Notes under the pieces: model-generated
The model's database searches: none
What the model was told of the DNA's origin: nothing
The model's input: the letters and a program-made list of their open reading frames with translations, nothing else
Shown here: positions 39,084 to 49,379 of the stretch, piece after piece
How the letters are laid out: each line of letters starts with the position of its first letter
How positions within the stretch are numbered: position 1 is the first letter of the stretch
Origin: an uncultured delta proteobacterium
Lineage (GTDB): Bacteria; Desulfobacterota; Desulfobacteria; Desulfobacterales; JAFDCJ01
NCBI GenBank assembly: GCA_963769935.1
Contig: CAVYNY010000016.1
Span: 128,001 to 192,000 of the forward strand
Direction of reading: 5' to 3'
Length of the DNA: 64,000 nucleotides
Position numbers and translations under genes: made by a program

Positions 39084-39125
39084 AAAAAAAAGGGCACGCC
39101 CGGATCAGATGCTGCGTACCCTTTT
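39084..39125 (-). terminator. Intrinsic terminator of the cold-shock gene
   Basis: Minus strand AAAAGGGTACGC...GCGTGCCC followed by a T-run. Confidence 0.7.
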
Positions 39126-39145
39126 AAAAAATTTTTAGCGGTTAA

Positions 39146-39346
39146 TTAAACGACCGTAACATTTACCGCTGCGGGTCCTTTCTGTCCCTCTTCGATGTCA
39201 AAGGTGACCCGATCACCCTCCTGAAGCGACTTGAACCCCGAACCGTTGATGCCGGTATGATGAACGAACACATCCGGACCACTTTCCTGCTCGATGAAGC
39301 CGTACCCTTTGCGGTCATTGAACCATTTGACAACACCATTTGCCAT
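39146..39346 (-). CDS. cspA: Cold-shock protein
   Basis: [26 protein letters not shown]. Confidence 0.95.
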   Translation of the reverse strand: MANGVVKWFNDRKGYGFIEQESGPDVFVHHTGINGSGFKSLQEGDRVTFDIEEGQKGPAAVNVTVV

Positions 39347-39515
39347 TGCGGCACCCTCCTTACACTAAAGCTAAAGTTCTCATAGTCCCATACTGCAGGC
39401 TGCCACAAGGACAAATGGATCTCTCCTTCAGAATGAAACCGGTCGGATAATGGTAGCCAACCTTTAATGATTGGGTAGATAATACCGATTTTTCTTCTAA
39501 AATCAAGAATTTTTT

Positions 39516-40898
39516 TTACAATACCAGAGATTTAATAAAATCCAGCAGTTGATTGAGGTTTTGGCAGGGTCGCACTTCGTCACAGCAGCTCTGGTAGGTG
39601 CGCATCTCACTGTCGCCCGAATACCAGAAATACTGAGTTTCCGGGTTCAACCAGATCACGCGCCGGGATTTTTCACGCATTTCCTCCAGAATTTGATCTT
39701 CAGGATTGCCATAATTGGTTCGGCCGTCGCCGATAATGATCAAAGTGGTCTTCTTATTGAGTATGTCCATATAATGCATTTTAAACTGGCGAAAAGTCAG
39801 ACCATAATCGGTGGCGGCATTGTATTCGATGTCGGCCTCCCGCAGTACCTTTGCAATAGCCTGGTTGATCTCAAAATCCTCAAAGACTTTGGTTACTTCA
39901 TCCAAACCGGCCACGAATACGAAACTGCGCACCTGGGTAAAGCACTCCTGCAGAGAATACAGCATGTTCAGCATGAATCTGGCCGCCGACCAGACCGAAC
40001 CCGAGACATCGCACAGGGTGACGATTTTGGTTTTACGCGGGGGCCGGTTGCGGAAAAAAAGCTCCACGGGAATACCCTGGTAACCGGCTGCCCGGCGCAG
40101 GGTCTTCTTGACATCCAGCGTACCTCTGTTTTTAACGGCATGGCGCCGGCCGGCAATGTCTTTGAGTTTGCGGACGAGCTGCTCGATAACTTCGCGCATG
40201 CCTTCCACTTCTTTTTTGGTCAGAGAAGCAAAATGGACTTCGCCGAGTCGTTCCAGATGCTGCTGATAGGAGCCAACCTCACGACGGTCATCACCAAAAG
40301 GACGGGGTTGCCCGGTAAGCAGACGGCGGGCGCTGGCCAGACGGGCCTCGAAAAGCGCCTTCAGATCCCGGCGAGTTTCCCAGTGCAGCCGATCCCGCTG
40401 TTCGGCCAGAAACAGCAACAGCGAATCTTCCAGAGCATTAATCTGCAGCATCAGTTCAAGACGCTGAATCATGGGTCCCAGGTTGGCGCCCATGCCGCCG
40501 CCTTTCCCGTCGCCTTCGAGAAAACCCTGCTGCAAGCGCTCAATAAACGACAGGGGATCGCCCCTTAAAAAATCAAGCAGGGCCTGGGCGGCGCCATTGC
40601 CGTTTTGTTCGGGGAACAAGGCTTGAAGCACCTCGCGAATCTGCTCGGACAGGGGATCGGCATGTGCAATACTAGGATCCTGGCGCAGTTCATGAAAAAA
40701 CAGCTCATACAGGCGGTCGAAGTGAAATTGCTCCCGCCGGCTTTTCGCAAAATTGGCCCGCAGCACCGCGGCAAACTGCGCCTCATCCAGTAGGTCGACC
40801 AGTTTAAGCTGTTTGAGACAATCGAGCACCTCGGAGGTGGAAATCCGGAGGCCGGCCGCACGGGCGATGGAGACGAATTTCAGCAGTAAATTTACCAT
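39516..40898 (-). CDS. VWA-domain protein, CoxE-like
   Basis: LDVKKTLR, MIDAS CDVSGS, TDYG, IIGDGRTN, VIWLNPE. Confidence 0.9.
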   Translation of the reverse strand: MVNLLLKFVSIARAAGLRISTSEVLDCLKQLKLVDLLDEAQFAAVLRANFAKSRREQFHFDRLYELFFHELRQDPSIAHADPLSEQIREVLQALFPEQNGNGAAQALLDFLRGDPLSFIERLQQGFLEGDGKGGGMGANLGPMIQRLELMLQINALEDSLLLFLAEQRDRLHWETRRDLKALFEARLASARRLLTGQPRPFGDDRREVGSYQQHLERLGEVHFASLTKKEVEGMREVIEQLVRKLKDIAGRRHAVKNRGTLDVKKTLRRAAGYQGIPVELFFRNRPPRKTKIVTLCDVSGSVWSAARFMLNMLYSLQECFTQVRSFVFVAGLDEVTKVFEDFEINQAIAKVLREADIEYNAATDYGLTFRQFKMHYMDILNKKTTLIIIGDGRTNYGNPEDQILEEMREKSRRVIWLNPETQYFWYSGDSEMRTYQSCCDEVRPCQNLNQLLDFIKSLVL

Positions 40899-40952
40899 AG
40901 TCTTTATGCATTAAACTGCTCATATATAGTTAAAACCAACCACACCAACTTT

Positions 40953-41165
40953 TAAAATCACAAATCTCAAGCACCAAATTACAAATAAATTCCAATATTC
41001 AATGACCAAAACATTCACCACAAGCGCAGCTTATCGCTTCTAAAATCCCGGGGAGTTAGGGAATGATTCCATTGGGGGCAGTGGTAGGCGGATCGTTTGT
41101 TTGGATTTTTGAATTTGGCTCATTGAGATTTGTTTGGAATTTGGTTATTGGTGCTTGGAATTTTC
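40953..41165. repeat. Element with inverted CAAAT/CACCAAAT heptamer arrays
   Basis: aaatcacaaatctcaagcaccaaattacaaat ... atttgtttggaatttggttattggtgcttggaattt. Half copies at about 9448, 26787 and 44246. Confidence 0.75.
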
Positions 41166-41280
41166 ATGTTTTTCATAAGGCAGGCAATTTTCACAAAATA
41201 AGTCAATTGCTTTTTTAGGTGACGCAGTCCTGGCCTCGACAGTTAATAGAAATAGACAGAATACCTTAATTTTAGGCATC

Positions 41281-42204
41281 TTAGACCATTTTGGGCATTT
41301 CCAATATCTTCCCCATCTTCTCCATCACCTGTTTCACATCAGTCCGGTATTTGCATATAACATTGAGGGTGTCGGTAATGACCTCGGGGCTTAACTCTTC
41401 AACCTGCAGGGCGATCAGAGATTGGGCCCAGTCCAGGGTCTCAGATATACAGGGTTTCTTTTTTAAATCCAGTTCGCGGATTTTGCGAATGGCGCCCACC
41501 AGCTGTCCGGCCAATCGATCTTTTATCTGCGGAATCTTCAGTTTTACGATTTGCAGCTCGAGCTCGCGTTCGGGGTAATCGATGTAAAGATGGATACATC
41601 TTCTTTTAAGCGCATCACTCATGTCCCGGGAATCATTGGATGTCAGAAAAACAAAGGGAATGTTCCTGGCCTTGCGGGTGCCCAGCTCCGGGATAGACAC
41701 CTGGAAATCACTTAATATTTCCAATAAAAAGGCTTCAAACTCCGGATCGGATTTATCCACCTCGTCTATTAGAAGCACGGCGGGCTCTTCCGATTCGATG
41801 GCCTGCAGGAGCGGACGGGGCTGGATAAAGCGCTCCGAAAAAAAAGCATCTTCCTGGGATGCAATCCGGTCAACGGCATCCGACAGGGAATGGGCCCCGG
41901 TAATCACATCGTCGATTTTCCCTTTTACCATCTGCGTGTAAAGCAGCTGTTTGGCATACTCCCACTCATAGAGGGCTTTGGCTTCATCCAGCCCTTCGTA
42001 GCATTGAAGCCGGATTAATTGGCGCTCCAGGCTTCGGGCCACGGCTTTGGAAAGCTCGGTTTTGCCCACCCCCGCCGGCCCCTCAACCAGAACCGGTTTG
42101 CGGGTGGCCTGGGCCAGAAAGACAACCGTGGCAATGGTCTTGGAACAGATGTATTCGGCTTTCTCCAGTTCGGCTTTGACATGCTCGACGTTTTTAAATT
42201 CCAT
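41281..42204 (-). CDS. MoxR-family AAA+ ATPase, CoxD-like
   Basis: EGPAGVGKT, RLQCYEGLD, LLIDEVDK, FLTSN..R.MSDALKRRC. Confidence 0.92.
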   Translation of the reverse strand: MEFKNVEHVKAELEKAEYICSKTIATVVFLAQATRKPVLVEGPAGVGKTELSKAVARSLERQLIRLQCYEGLDEAKALYEWEYAKQLLYTQMVKGKIDDVITGAHSLSDAVDRIASQEDAFFSERFIQPRPLLQAIESEEPAVLLIDEVDKSDPEFEAFLLEILSDFQVSIPELGTRKARNIPFVFLTSNDSRDMSDALKRRCIHLYIDYPERELELQIVKLKIPQIKDRLAGQLVGAIRKIRELDLKKKPCISETLDWAQSLIALQVEELSPEVITDTLNVICKYRTDVKQVMEKMGKILEMPKMV

Positions 42205-42591
42205 TAAAGAAGTCCTCACCGCCTAAACTCTCTGAATTTCTGCAACTAATTTTGTCAGGCACGGGTATTTGCTTCAATCCCGGACTATGACTGGTTGCCC
42301 TGTTGGCCCGTGTCGGCAAACCGGCAAACCGGTTGACCGGCTAACCGGCAACTTATATACCACAGCGGCATGTCCAAGTACACCGATAAGTACGAACATG
42401 CGCGCAACAGCGATTCTTGGCCGGCACATGCCGATAATTTAGCTAAGACCCGGATATTATGTTACTAAAAAATCCTCAATTTCAACCAATTAAAGAAATT
42501 CCGAGTCGTTTGCCCTTGCTATCTTGGCTGGCTGGATTTAAACTGCTCCCGCATTGAAAATTTATGTGAATTCCGCATACGGGAGATCACA

Positions 42592-44244
42592 ATGTTGACT
42601 AAAAGAAAGCTGCATCATCTGAAAAGCGAAATGCTGGTTGCCAATTTTCTGGCAAACCTTATCGGCGTATTCGCCGTAAACGCCCTGATGTTTCTCGGAG
42701 AAGGATTTACGAATAAAAAACTATGGGACCATGCCGTCCCCTTTTGGATCGATACGTTTTTTACTCCCTTTGCGTTCACCTTCGTATGCGTGATGACATT
42801 GCGGTATGAAAGACCGATTCGGCGCTACTTGACGGCCATCTATAAACAGGCACCGATCCCCGATGATCTTGCAAGCACCGCCCGCCAGAAGCTGCTCAAC
42901 GAGCCGTTTGTTCTGATCACCTATGATTTCAGTATGTGGCTGCTGTCCGCCATCGTTTATCCCCTTCTGCACTGGATCTATAACTCGGGATCAACCATGA
43001 TTCAGAGTTCTCTTTACCATGGCCTGAGTAGCGGCATCATCACCATCACGGTTGCCTTCTTTTTGCTGGAGCATATTTTACAGAAAAAACTGGCACCTTA
43101 CTTTTTCCCCGAAGGCGGACTGTATGCCGTACCCAAAACACTGCGAATAAGAATCCGCACCCGGCTGGGCGCCCTGTTGTTTGCCTGCAATTTAATACCC
43201 TTGTTGTCAATCATCCTGGTGACGCACCTTGTCGTCGGAAGTACTTCCGACACCGCTGTTGCGCTGGATAAACTTCGCAAGGCAATTATCACCAATGCCG
43301 TCATCTTTATCCTTGCGGGTGTCTATTTAATCGGCCTGGTCAGCCGGAATCTGACGATGCCTTTTCGGGAAATCATTCAGACGCTGCAGGGCGTCCGGAA
43401 TGGAATGTTCGATAAAAAGGTCCAGGTTACGAGCAATGACGAGATCGGATACACGGGGGACGTCATCAATGAGATGACCGAAGGTCTCAGGGAACGCGAC
43501 CGCATCCGCCGATCGCTGGGCATTGCCATGGAAGTCCAGCAGCACCTGCTGCCGCGCCAGGCACCAAAAATTGAAGGCCTCGATATAGCCGGCCAAAGCC
43601 TGTACTGTGAGGAAACCGGCGGCGATTACTTTGATTATTTGCCGATCGGGCAAAACGGTCAACGTAAAATTAAAATTATGGTCGGAGATGTCTCAGACCA
43701 TGGGATTGCTTCGGCCCTGCTGATGACCACCGCCCGGGCCTTCCTGCGCCAGCGGGCATCACGGAAAGGCAACCTCAACCAAATCATAACGGATGTCAAC
43801 CGCCAGTTGTCAAGGGATGTGGAAGACTCCGGCCGCTTTATGACCTTGTTTTTCTGTGAAATCGACGGCCGGATGAAATCCATTCGCTGGGTGAACGCCG
43901 GCCATGACCCGGCTGTTATTTTTGATCTGAACGGCGGCGGATTTGAAGAACTCGCAGGTCACGCCCTGCCCTTGGGTGTCTCTGACAAAGCACCCTACCA
44001 GGAATTTCAGCGGCGGCTTCTGCCGGGACAGATCGTTTTAATCGGTACCGATGGAATCTGGGAAACTCAAAACGCCCGGGGCCAAATGTTCGGCAAAAAG
44101 CGCTTCCGGGATGTCGTCCGCTCCCAGGCCCGACAGCCGGCGGCGGGTATCCTGCAGGCGGTGATCGCAGCGCTCGATGACTTCTGCCATCCTCTGGCAA
44201 AAGAGGACGATGTAACGCTGGTGGTCGTCAAGATCGAAGAATAG
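42592..44244 (+). CDS. Membrane HAMP plus SpoIIE/RsbU-type PP2C phosphatase
   Basis: Several TM helices, HAMP (NDEIG), GGDYFD, GDVSDHG, NAGH, TDG, DDVT. Confidence 0.92.
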   Translation: MLTKRKLHHLKSEMLVANFLANLIGVFAVNALMFLGEGFTNKKLWDHAVPFWIDTFFTPFAFTFVCVMTLRYERPIRRYLTAIYKQAPIPDDLASTARQKLLNEPFVLITYDFSMWLLSAIVYPLLHWIYNSGSTMIQSSLYHGLSSGIITITVAFFLLEHILQKKLAPYFFPEGGLYAVPKTLRIRIRTRLGALLFACNLIPLLSIILVTHLVVGSTSDTAVALDKLRKAIITNAVIFILAGVYLIGLVSRNLTMPFREIIQTLQGVRNGMFDKKVQVTSNDEIGYTGDVINEMTEGLRERDRIRRSLGIAMEVQQHLLPRQAPKIEGLDIAGQSLYCEETGGDYFDYLPIGQNGQRKIKIMVGDVSDHGIASALLMTTARAFLRQRASRKGNLNQIITDVNRQLSRDVEDSGRFMTLFFCEIDGRMKSIRWVNAGHDPAVIFDLNGGGFEELAGHALPLGVSDKAPYQEFQRRLLPGQIVLIGTDGIWETQNARGQMFGKKRFRDVVRSQARQPAAGILQAVIAALDDFCHPLAKEDDVTLVVVKIEE

Positions 44245-44434
44245 ATTTATTTGTAATTTGGTGTTTGAGATTTGGAATTTTATTTTCCTAAAAAACCTTC
44301 TGAGGCAACCAGCTTTGAACTTATACTGACCTTACAGTGGGCTGTCTCAAAAACTATTGATTATCAAAGAAGTTTGCATTAAATATAAAATTCTTTTGTA
44401 ATCATTTGAAACGCAACTAAAGTCAGGAGGAGAA

Positions 44435-45091
44435 ATGGACAACCCGATTGAAAACTACTGGAAGTTGAGGCTGGTTGATCTGAAGACCGCTCTGGAATCC
44501 AATAACTTTGACGTCTACCTGGCAGACGACTGCCAGGCGGCGTGCCGGACCGTGCTGGAAGACATCATGCCCAAAATAAAAGCCAGGTCTGTATCCTGGG
44601 GCGGTTCCGTGACGTTTCAGGTTGCCACCGGACTGTATGAGCGGCTGAAAGAAAGTCCGGATCTGGAGGTGCTGGACACCTATGACAAGAATATCTCCAA
44701 TGAGCAAAAACTGGAGCTGCGCAGGCAGGCGCTGCTGGTTGATCTTTTTATCACCGGCACCAACGCGATTACGGAAAGCGGACAGCTGGTGAACCTGGAT
44801 ATGATCGGCAACCGCATAGGCGGCCTGACCTTTGGCCCAAAGTGGGTGATCCTGCTGGTCGGTCGCAACAAACTGGTTGCAAATCTGGATGAAGCCATGT
44901 ACCGGATTAAAAATTATACCGCCCCGACCAACGCCATGCGCCTGGACCAAAAAACGCCATGTGTGAAGACTTCCTTTTGCGAGGAGTGCAAAAGCCCTGG
45001 TCGCATCTGCAACACGTGGACCATCACCGAAAAGTCCTTTCCAAAAGGAAGGGTCAAGGTTGTGTTAATCAATGAAGATCTGGGATTATAA
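44435..45091 (+). CDS. LUD-domain (lactate utilisation C-like) protein
   Basis: SWGGSVT, TGTNAITESG.LVNLD..GNR, VGRNK; Cys-rich tail PC....C..C.....IC. Confidence 0.85.
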   Translation: MDNPIENYWKLRLVDLKTALESNNFDVYLADDCQAACRTVLEDIMPKIKARSVSWGGSVTFQVATGLYERLKESPDLEVLDTYDKNISNEQKLELRRQALLVDLFITGTNAITESGQLVNLDMIGNRIGGLTFGPKWVILLVGRNKLVANLDEAMYRIKNYTAPTNAMRLDQKTPCVKTSFCEECKSPGRICNTWTITEKSFPKGRVKVVLINEDLGL

Positions 45092-45139
45092 ATTTGGCAA
45101 ACTTTAACCTTAACCTTAAATAATGACGGAGGCAGAAAG

Positions 45140-45532
45140 GTGAAAATTCTCGTAGGATATGACGGTTCCGCTGTTTCCCGGGAGGCCATCGCACTGGCCG
45201 CGGAGCATGCGAATGCTTTTAAAGCCGAAATCATCATCGTTCGTTCGATGGTCGGCGGCCCGGAAGTCCCACGCAAGGATTTCGAGGACGCTGAAAATGG
45301 TTTGGAATATGAAAAAAACCGGCTGCTGGACAGAAAAATCCCATGTGAATCAATTTTATCGGTGCGGGGAATGGAAGCCGGCGAGGATCTGGTTCGGTTT
45401 GCCGAAGAAAACAAAGCGGAAGAAATCATCATCGGCGTGCGCCGGCGGTCCAAGGTCGGCAAATTGCTGTTCGGCTCCACCGCCCAGTATGTGATCCTGA
45501 ATGCGGCCTGCCCGGTGGTTTCGGTTAAGTAA
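45140..45532 (+). CDS. Universal stress protein
   Basis: KILVGYDGS; G.RRRS......GST...V.....CPVV. Confidence 0.92.
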   Translation: MKILVGYDGSAVSREAIALAAEHANAFKAEIIIVRSMVGGPEVPRKDFEDAENGLEYEKNRLLDRKIPCESILSVRGMEAGEDLVRFAEENKAEEIIIGVRRRSKVGKLLFGSTAQYVILNAACPVVSVK

Positions 45533-45600
45533 GGTTTCAGGTGTCAGCCCAGCCGCCGGCCAAAACAACGGCCGGTCTGATCGAAAAAGAAACATAATAG

Positions 45601-45710
45601 TTCACCGCAGAGCCCGCAGCCTCCGGCCCATAGGGCCTACGCCCCGGTGGGAGAACGCCGAGAAAGAAAAGTTAAATTAATCTCTGCGCTCTCTGCGCTC
45701 TCAGCGGTGA
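45601..45710. repeat. TCACCGCAGAG...CTCTGCG/GCGGTGA palindromic element with a nested GGCCTAC repeat
   Basis: Related copies at about 54192-54290 and 56541-56608. Confidence 0.7.
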
Positions 45711-45912
45711 GACACTTCGTAAAAATGGCATCGAATTTAAGGAAGTTTCATATAAGGTGTCCGGTGTCGGCCCAGCCTCTATTGGCCGAAGGCGGTCGGT
45801 TTGATCGAAATAGAGACACTATAAAAAGCAAATGGCTGAGGCATCCGGAGGCGGATAACCATTCTACATTCTTCATTCGTCAATAGTCATTCATTTTTGC
45901 GGGAGGCAAATT

Positions 45913-46602
45913 TTGGCAGTATCGTTTGTATGGTTCGACATAGGCTACACCCTGCTGTACATGCAGCGCGAAGTTACCTACCGGCAGGCCCTGAAAGATT
46001 TCGGTCTGGATATCTCCCTGAAAGGTATCGAGCGTGAATTTCATCTGACGGACAAATTGTTCATGCGCGAATACCCGGGCATGTTTTTAAAGCCCCGCAA
46101 AGTTTACATGCCGTCTTACCTGGGCATTGTAAATTATCGTCTGGGGGTGAACCTGGACGTGTGCGAGCTGGATGCCCGCTGGGAGGAGATCAAGCAAAAT
46201 ACGGATCCTTACTGGCTGCCTTTTGAAGGCGTCAAGGAAGTCCTCGACGAGCTGAAGCACCGATCGATCGGAAGGGGAATTATCTCAAACTGGGACTGGA
46301 CGGCCAGGGATGTGCTAACCGCCGCCGGATTGATCGACTACTTCGATCATCTGATAATTTCCTCAGAGGTGGACTGCAATAAGCCGGACTCCCGGATCTT
46401 TAATTTAGCGATGCAAACCGCCTCAGTAAGCGCCCGGGAATGCGTTTATGTCGGCGACAATTATTATGACGATGCCGTCGGCAGCCACGGAGTGGGGATG
46501 GAGGCCCTGATTATCAACCGCTTCGGCTTCCTGGGCATCGAAGAAATTAACGGTTGCAGGATCATTCATCATATCTCGGAAATCTTGGATCATATCGAGT
46601 AA
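45913..46602 (+). CDS. HAD-superfamily hydrolase, subfamily IA
   Basis: FDIGYTL, ISNWD, KPD.RIF, VGDNYYDD; TTG start after GGGAGG. Confidence 0.9.
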   Translation: MAVSFVWFDIGYTLLYMQREVTYRQALKDFGLDISLKGIEREFHLTDKLFMREYPGMFLKPRKVYMPSYLGIVNYRLGVNLDVCELDARWEEIKQNTDPYWLPFEGVKEVLDELKHRSIGRGIISNWDWTARDVLTAAGLIDYFDHLIISSEVDCNKPDSRIFNLAMQTASVSARECVYVGDNYYDDAVGSHGVGMEALIINRFGFLGIEEINGCRIIHHISEILDHIE

Positions 46603-46770
46603 GGAATCATGGTCCCGAGGCCCCGCCGAGGGTAGGGTTTGACTTCACCCCCGAGGGGTGGTTTCGGACGTCAGATAATCCATGGCCTTCAACCACGGCA
46701 AGGCCTGTTATCTATGACCTGATCCAGAGGACCAAACTTTCAAGTTAGAGTGATCAGGGAATGAGGATGC

Positions 46771-47595
46771 ATGCGCAGTTTTTCGGACAAGATCATCATC
46801 GCCATTGATCGAGGAGCCTCTTTTACGGATTTCGGCGTCGTCGGCCCCGGTGGATTTGAAAAAACCTTAAGCCTTGAAAAACGGGATTGGAAAACCATCG
46901 TTGGAATCTATGAGGATCTGAACGCAGCGTATCGGACCGACCACGCTGTATTCTCGGGATGTGCCACCGGCATGCCGGATGACATGCAGGCCCGCACCAG
47001 CATCATCGCTGAAATTGACGCCATCGGGTTCGGCGGCGCCGCCCTGGCCGACTGCAGCGATTGTATCGTGGTCAGCATGGGCACCGGCAGCGCCATTGTC
47101 CACTTTGCCGATCACCGGGCCAGGCATGTGGGCGGTACCGGCGTGGGGGGCGGCACCATCAAGGGACTGGCCTCCCTGATATGCGGTTCGGATGATCCCT
47201 TGGAAATAGAAGCCCTGGCCTTAAAAGGCAATGCGTCCAAGACGAGTCTGACCATTGCTGATCTGGGCTATGAAGAAATCAGTTTTTTGGGGGCGGACAT
47301 GACGGCCAGCAACTTTGGCCGGGTTCAAACAAATTCGAGAGAGGATCTGGCGGCCGGCATCTTGCGTCTGGTGGGAGAAACGGTCGGAATTATTGCCTCA
47401 ATTTGTGCCCGGGAATCCAACTGCCGGGATCGCATCGTCATGGTCGGCAAAGTAGCCGGCAACCGCTTCATCCGGCAGGTTTTGGAGCTGGTAGGCAACC
47501 TGTACGGGACAAAATTTCTTTTCCCGGAGCATCCCGGATTTGCAACAGTTTACGGTGCGGCCTTAAAATATCGCTACGATCGGGAAGCAACGTGA
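46771..47595 (+). CDS. Type II (CoaW/Fumble-like) pantothenate kinase
   Basis: AIDRGASFTD, EIDAIGFG (candidate catalytic Glu), VSMGTGS, VGGTGVGGGT..GL, TASNFG; resembles staphylococcal PanK-II. Confidence 0.8.
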   Translation: MRSFSDKIIIAIDRGASFTDFGVVGPGGFEKTLSLEKRDWKTIVGIYEDLNAAYRTDHAVFSGCATGMPDDMQARTSIIAEIDAIGFGGAALADCSDCIVVSMGTGSAIVHFADHRARHVGGTGVGGGTIKGLASLICGSDDPLEIEALALKGNASKTSLTIADLGYEEISFLGADMTASNFGRVQTNSREDLAAGILRLVGETVGIIASICARESNCRDRIVMVGKVAGNRFIRQVLELVGNLYGTKFLFPEHPGFATVYGAALKYRYDREAT

Positions 47596-48329
47596 CCCTG
47601 AAAATTACAACCATCGGCTGGTGGGGAGCCTATCCCGAAGCCAATGAGGCAACCTCCGGGTATCTGTTGCAATCGGAGGACGTGAACATCCTCATTGATT
47701 GCGGATCGGGGGTGCTGTCTCACCTGCAAAACTATATCGAACTGCAGCATTTAGATGCGGTTGTGTTGTCCCACTATCACTGGGATCATGTGGCGGACAT
47801 CGGATGTTTACAGTATGCCGCCCGAATTTTAATGGATCTGGGCAAACGCCAAAAACCGCTGGCAATCTATGGCCACGCCGAAGATGAAAATTTAGACGGC
47901 CTGGATTACCTGCAGTACAGCAAGGGGCACGCCATCGATCCGCGAACACCCCTCCAGCTGGGACAATTGACATTTAGTTTCTGCCGCAATGTTCATCCGG
48001 ATCCCTGTTTTTCAATCCGGATTGACAGCGGATCCAATTCCTTGGTTTATATTTCAGACACCGCCTGGACCGATGACCTGATTGAAATCGCGCATGGGGC
48101 CGATTTACTCATCTGTGAATCAAGCCTGTACGATGAGTACCGGGGAAGGATACCCGGGCATTTGACGGCCGGTGAAGCAGGCCAGATTGCCGCCGCGGCC
48201 GGTGCCGGACACCTTGTCCTGACACATTTGCCTCATTTTGGTGATCATGCCATGCTGTTAAAACAGGCAGCTGTCAAATTCAGCGGTAAATTAGAACTGG
48301 CAGCCACCGGGAAGGTCTGGCACGTGTAA
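47592..48329 (+). CDS. MBL-fold metallohydrolase (RNase Z/YhfI-like phosphodiesterase)
   Basis: GTG overlaps the PanK stop (GTGA); LSHYHWDH, SDT, CES, GHL, LTHL. Confidence 0.88.
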   Translation: MTLKITTIGWWGAYPEANEATSGYLLQSEDVNILIDCGSGVLSHLQNYIELQHLDAVVLSHYHWDHVADIGCLQYAARILMDLGKRQKPLAIYGHAEDENLDGLDYLQYSKGHAIDPRTPLQLGQLTFSFCRNVHPDPCFSIRIDSGSNSLVYISDTAWTDDLIEIAHGADLLICESSLYDEYRGRIPGHLTAGEAGQIAAAAGAGHLVLTHLPHFGDHAMLLKQAAVKFSGKLELAATGKVWHV

Positions 48330-48339
48330 GTAAAGAATC

Positions 48340-48420
48340 CTGGCCCGGCTTCCGGCTCGTAGAGCCTACAGCTCGGAGAGAGGAAGGGTCACGCTTTGAC
48401 TTCACCCCGGAGAGGTGGTG
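48340..48420. repeat. GAGCCTACAGCTCGGAGAG / TTGACTTCACCCC dispersed repeat
   Basis: ccggcttccgg..cg.agagcctacagctcggagagagg is nearly identical at 20283-20322; ttgacttcacccc..gag.ggtgg also occurs at about 46639-46662. Confidence 0.75.
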
Positions 48421-48458
48421 TTTGCAGTCACATAACTCATGGAATAAAGGATACCCCC

Positions 48459-49379
48459 ATCATACTATTCGCTCTCAGAAGATTCGGCCGCCTGATATTA
48501 ACGGTTTTACTCATCTCGACGATTGTATTTATCGTGATCCGAGTGATACCGGGCGATCCGGCCCTGGTGGTTGCGGGAATCGATGCCTCACAGGCAGACA
48601 TTGATGCCATCCGCGTCAAACTGGGAACCGATAAACCGGTTGGGGCTCAGTATGTCCGGTGGCTCTGGGACGTTTTGCGCTTTGATTTCGGAAATTCCAT
48701 GATCTCCGGCCAGCCGGTAACCCGCCTGATTTTAGAACGCTTCCCGCTGACTCTATCCCTCGCCTTGCTGGGCATCATCATCTCCATAATTTTTGCCATC
48801 CCGTTGGGCGTGATTTCCGCAGTTAAGCGCTGGTCGTTATGGGATTATCTGGGCATGCTTTTTTCGCAAATCGGGATGGCCGTCCCGAGTTTCTGGCTGG
48901 GCATACTTTTGCTTCTCTTATTCTCGGTAAAAATCAAGCTTTTCCCTCTGTTTGGTTCCGGCTCCCTTAAGCATCTGATCCTGCCGGCGGTCTCCCTGGG
49001 GATAGCCAGAGCGGCCGTACTTTTACGCCTGACACGGGCCTCCATGACCGAGGAACTCAGCAAGGAATATGTCGTTACCGCCAGATCCAAAGGACTGACC
49101 GAACGGATGGTCAACTACAAGCACGCTTTGAAAAACGCCCTGCTGCCGGTCATCACGATTGCCGGCATCCAGCTGGGCTACATGCTGGGCGGCGCGATCA
49201 TCATCGAACAGGTGTTTTCTTTGCCCGGGTTGGGCAGGCTTTTTCTGTTCGGTGTCTACCAGCGGGACTTCCCGTTGGTACAGGGCGGTGTGGTTTTTGT
49301 GGCCTTTATCTTTTCATTTATCAATTTCGCGGTTGACATGTTGTACAGCCTGTTAAATCCCAGAATAAGGATCAGCTGA
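48459..49379 (+). CDS. Opp/Dpp-type ABC permease B; start uncertain, possibly ATC
   Basis: PGDPA, DFGNS, P.FWLG, EYVVTARSKGL (EAA loop), IEQVF..PGLG, RDFP. Confidence 0.92.
   Translation: MILFALRRFGRLILTVLLISTIVFIVIRVIPGDPALVVAGIDASQADIDAIRVKLGTDKPVGAQYVRWLWDVLRFDFGNSMISGQPVTRLILERFPLTLSLALLGIIISIIFAIPLGVISAVKRWSLWDYLGMLFSQIGMAVPSFWLGILLLLLFSVKIKLFPLFGSGSLKHLILPAVSLGIARAAVLLRLTRASMTEELSKEYVVTARSKGLTERMVNYKHALKNALLPVITIAGIQLGYMLGGAIIIEQVFSLPGLGRLFLFGVYQRDFPLVQGGVVFVAFIFSFINFAVDMLYSLLNPRIRIS

Noticed and set aside
39516..42204. CoxD/CoxE-like pair as maturation factors for the Ni-CODH
   Set aside because: CoxD/E serve Mo-hydroxylases, orphan MoxR-VWA pairs are common, and the pair is about 36 kb from cooS.
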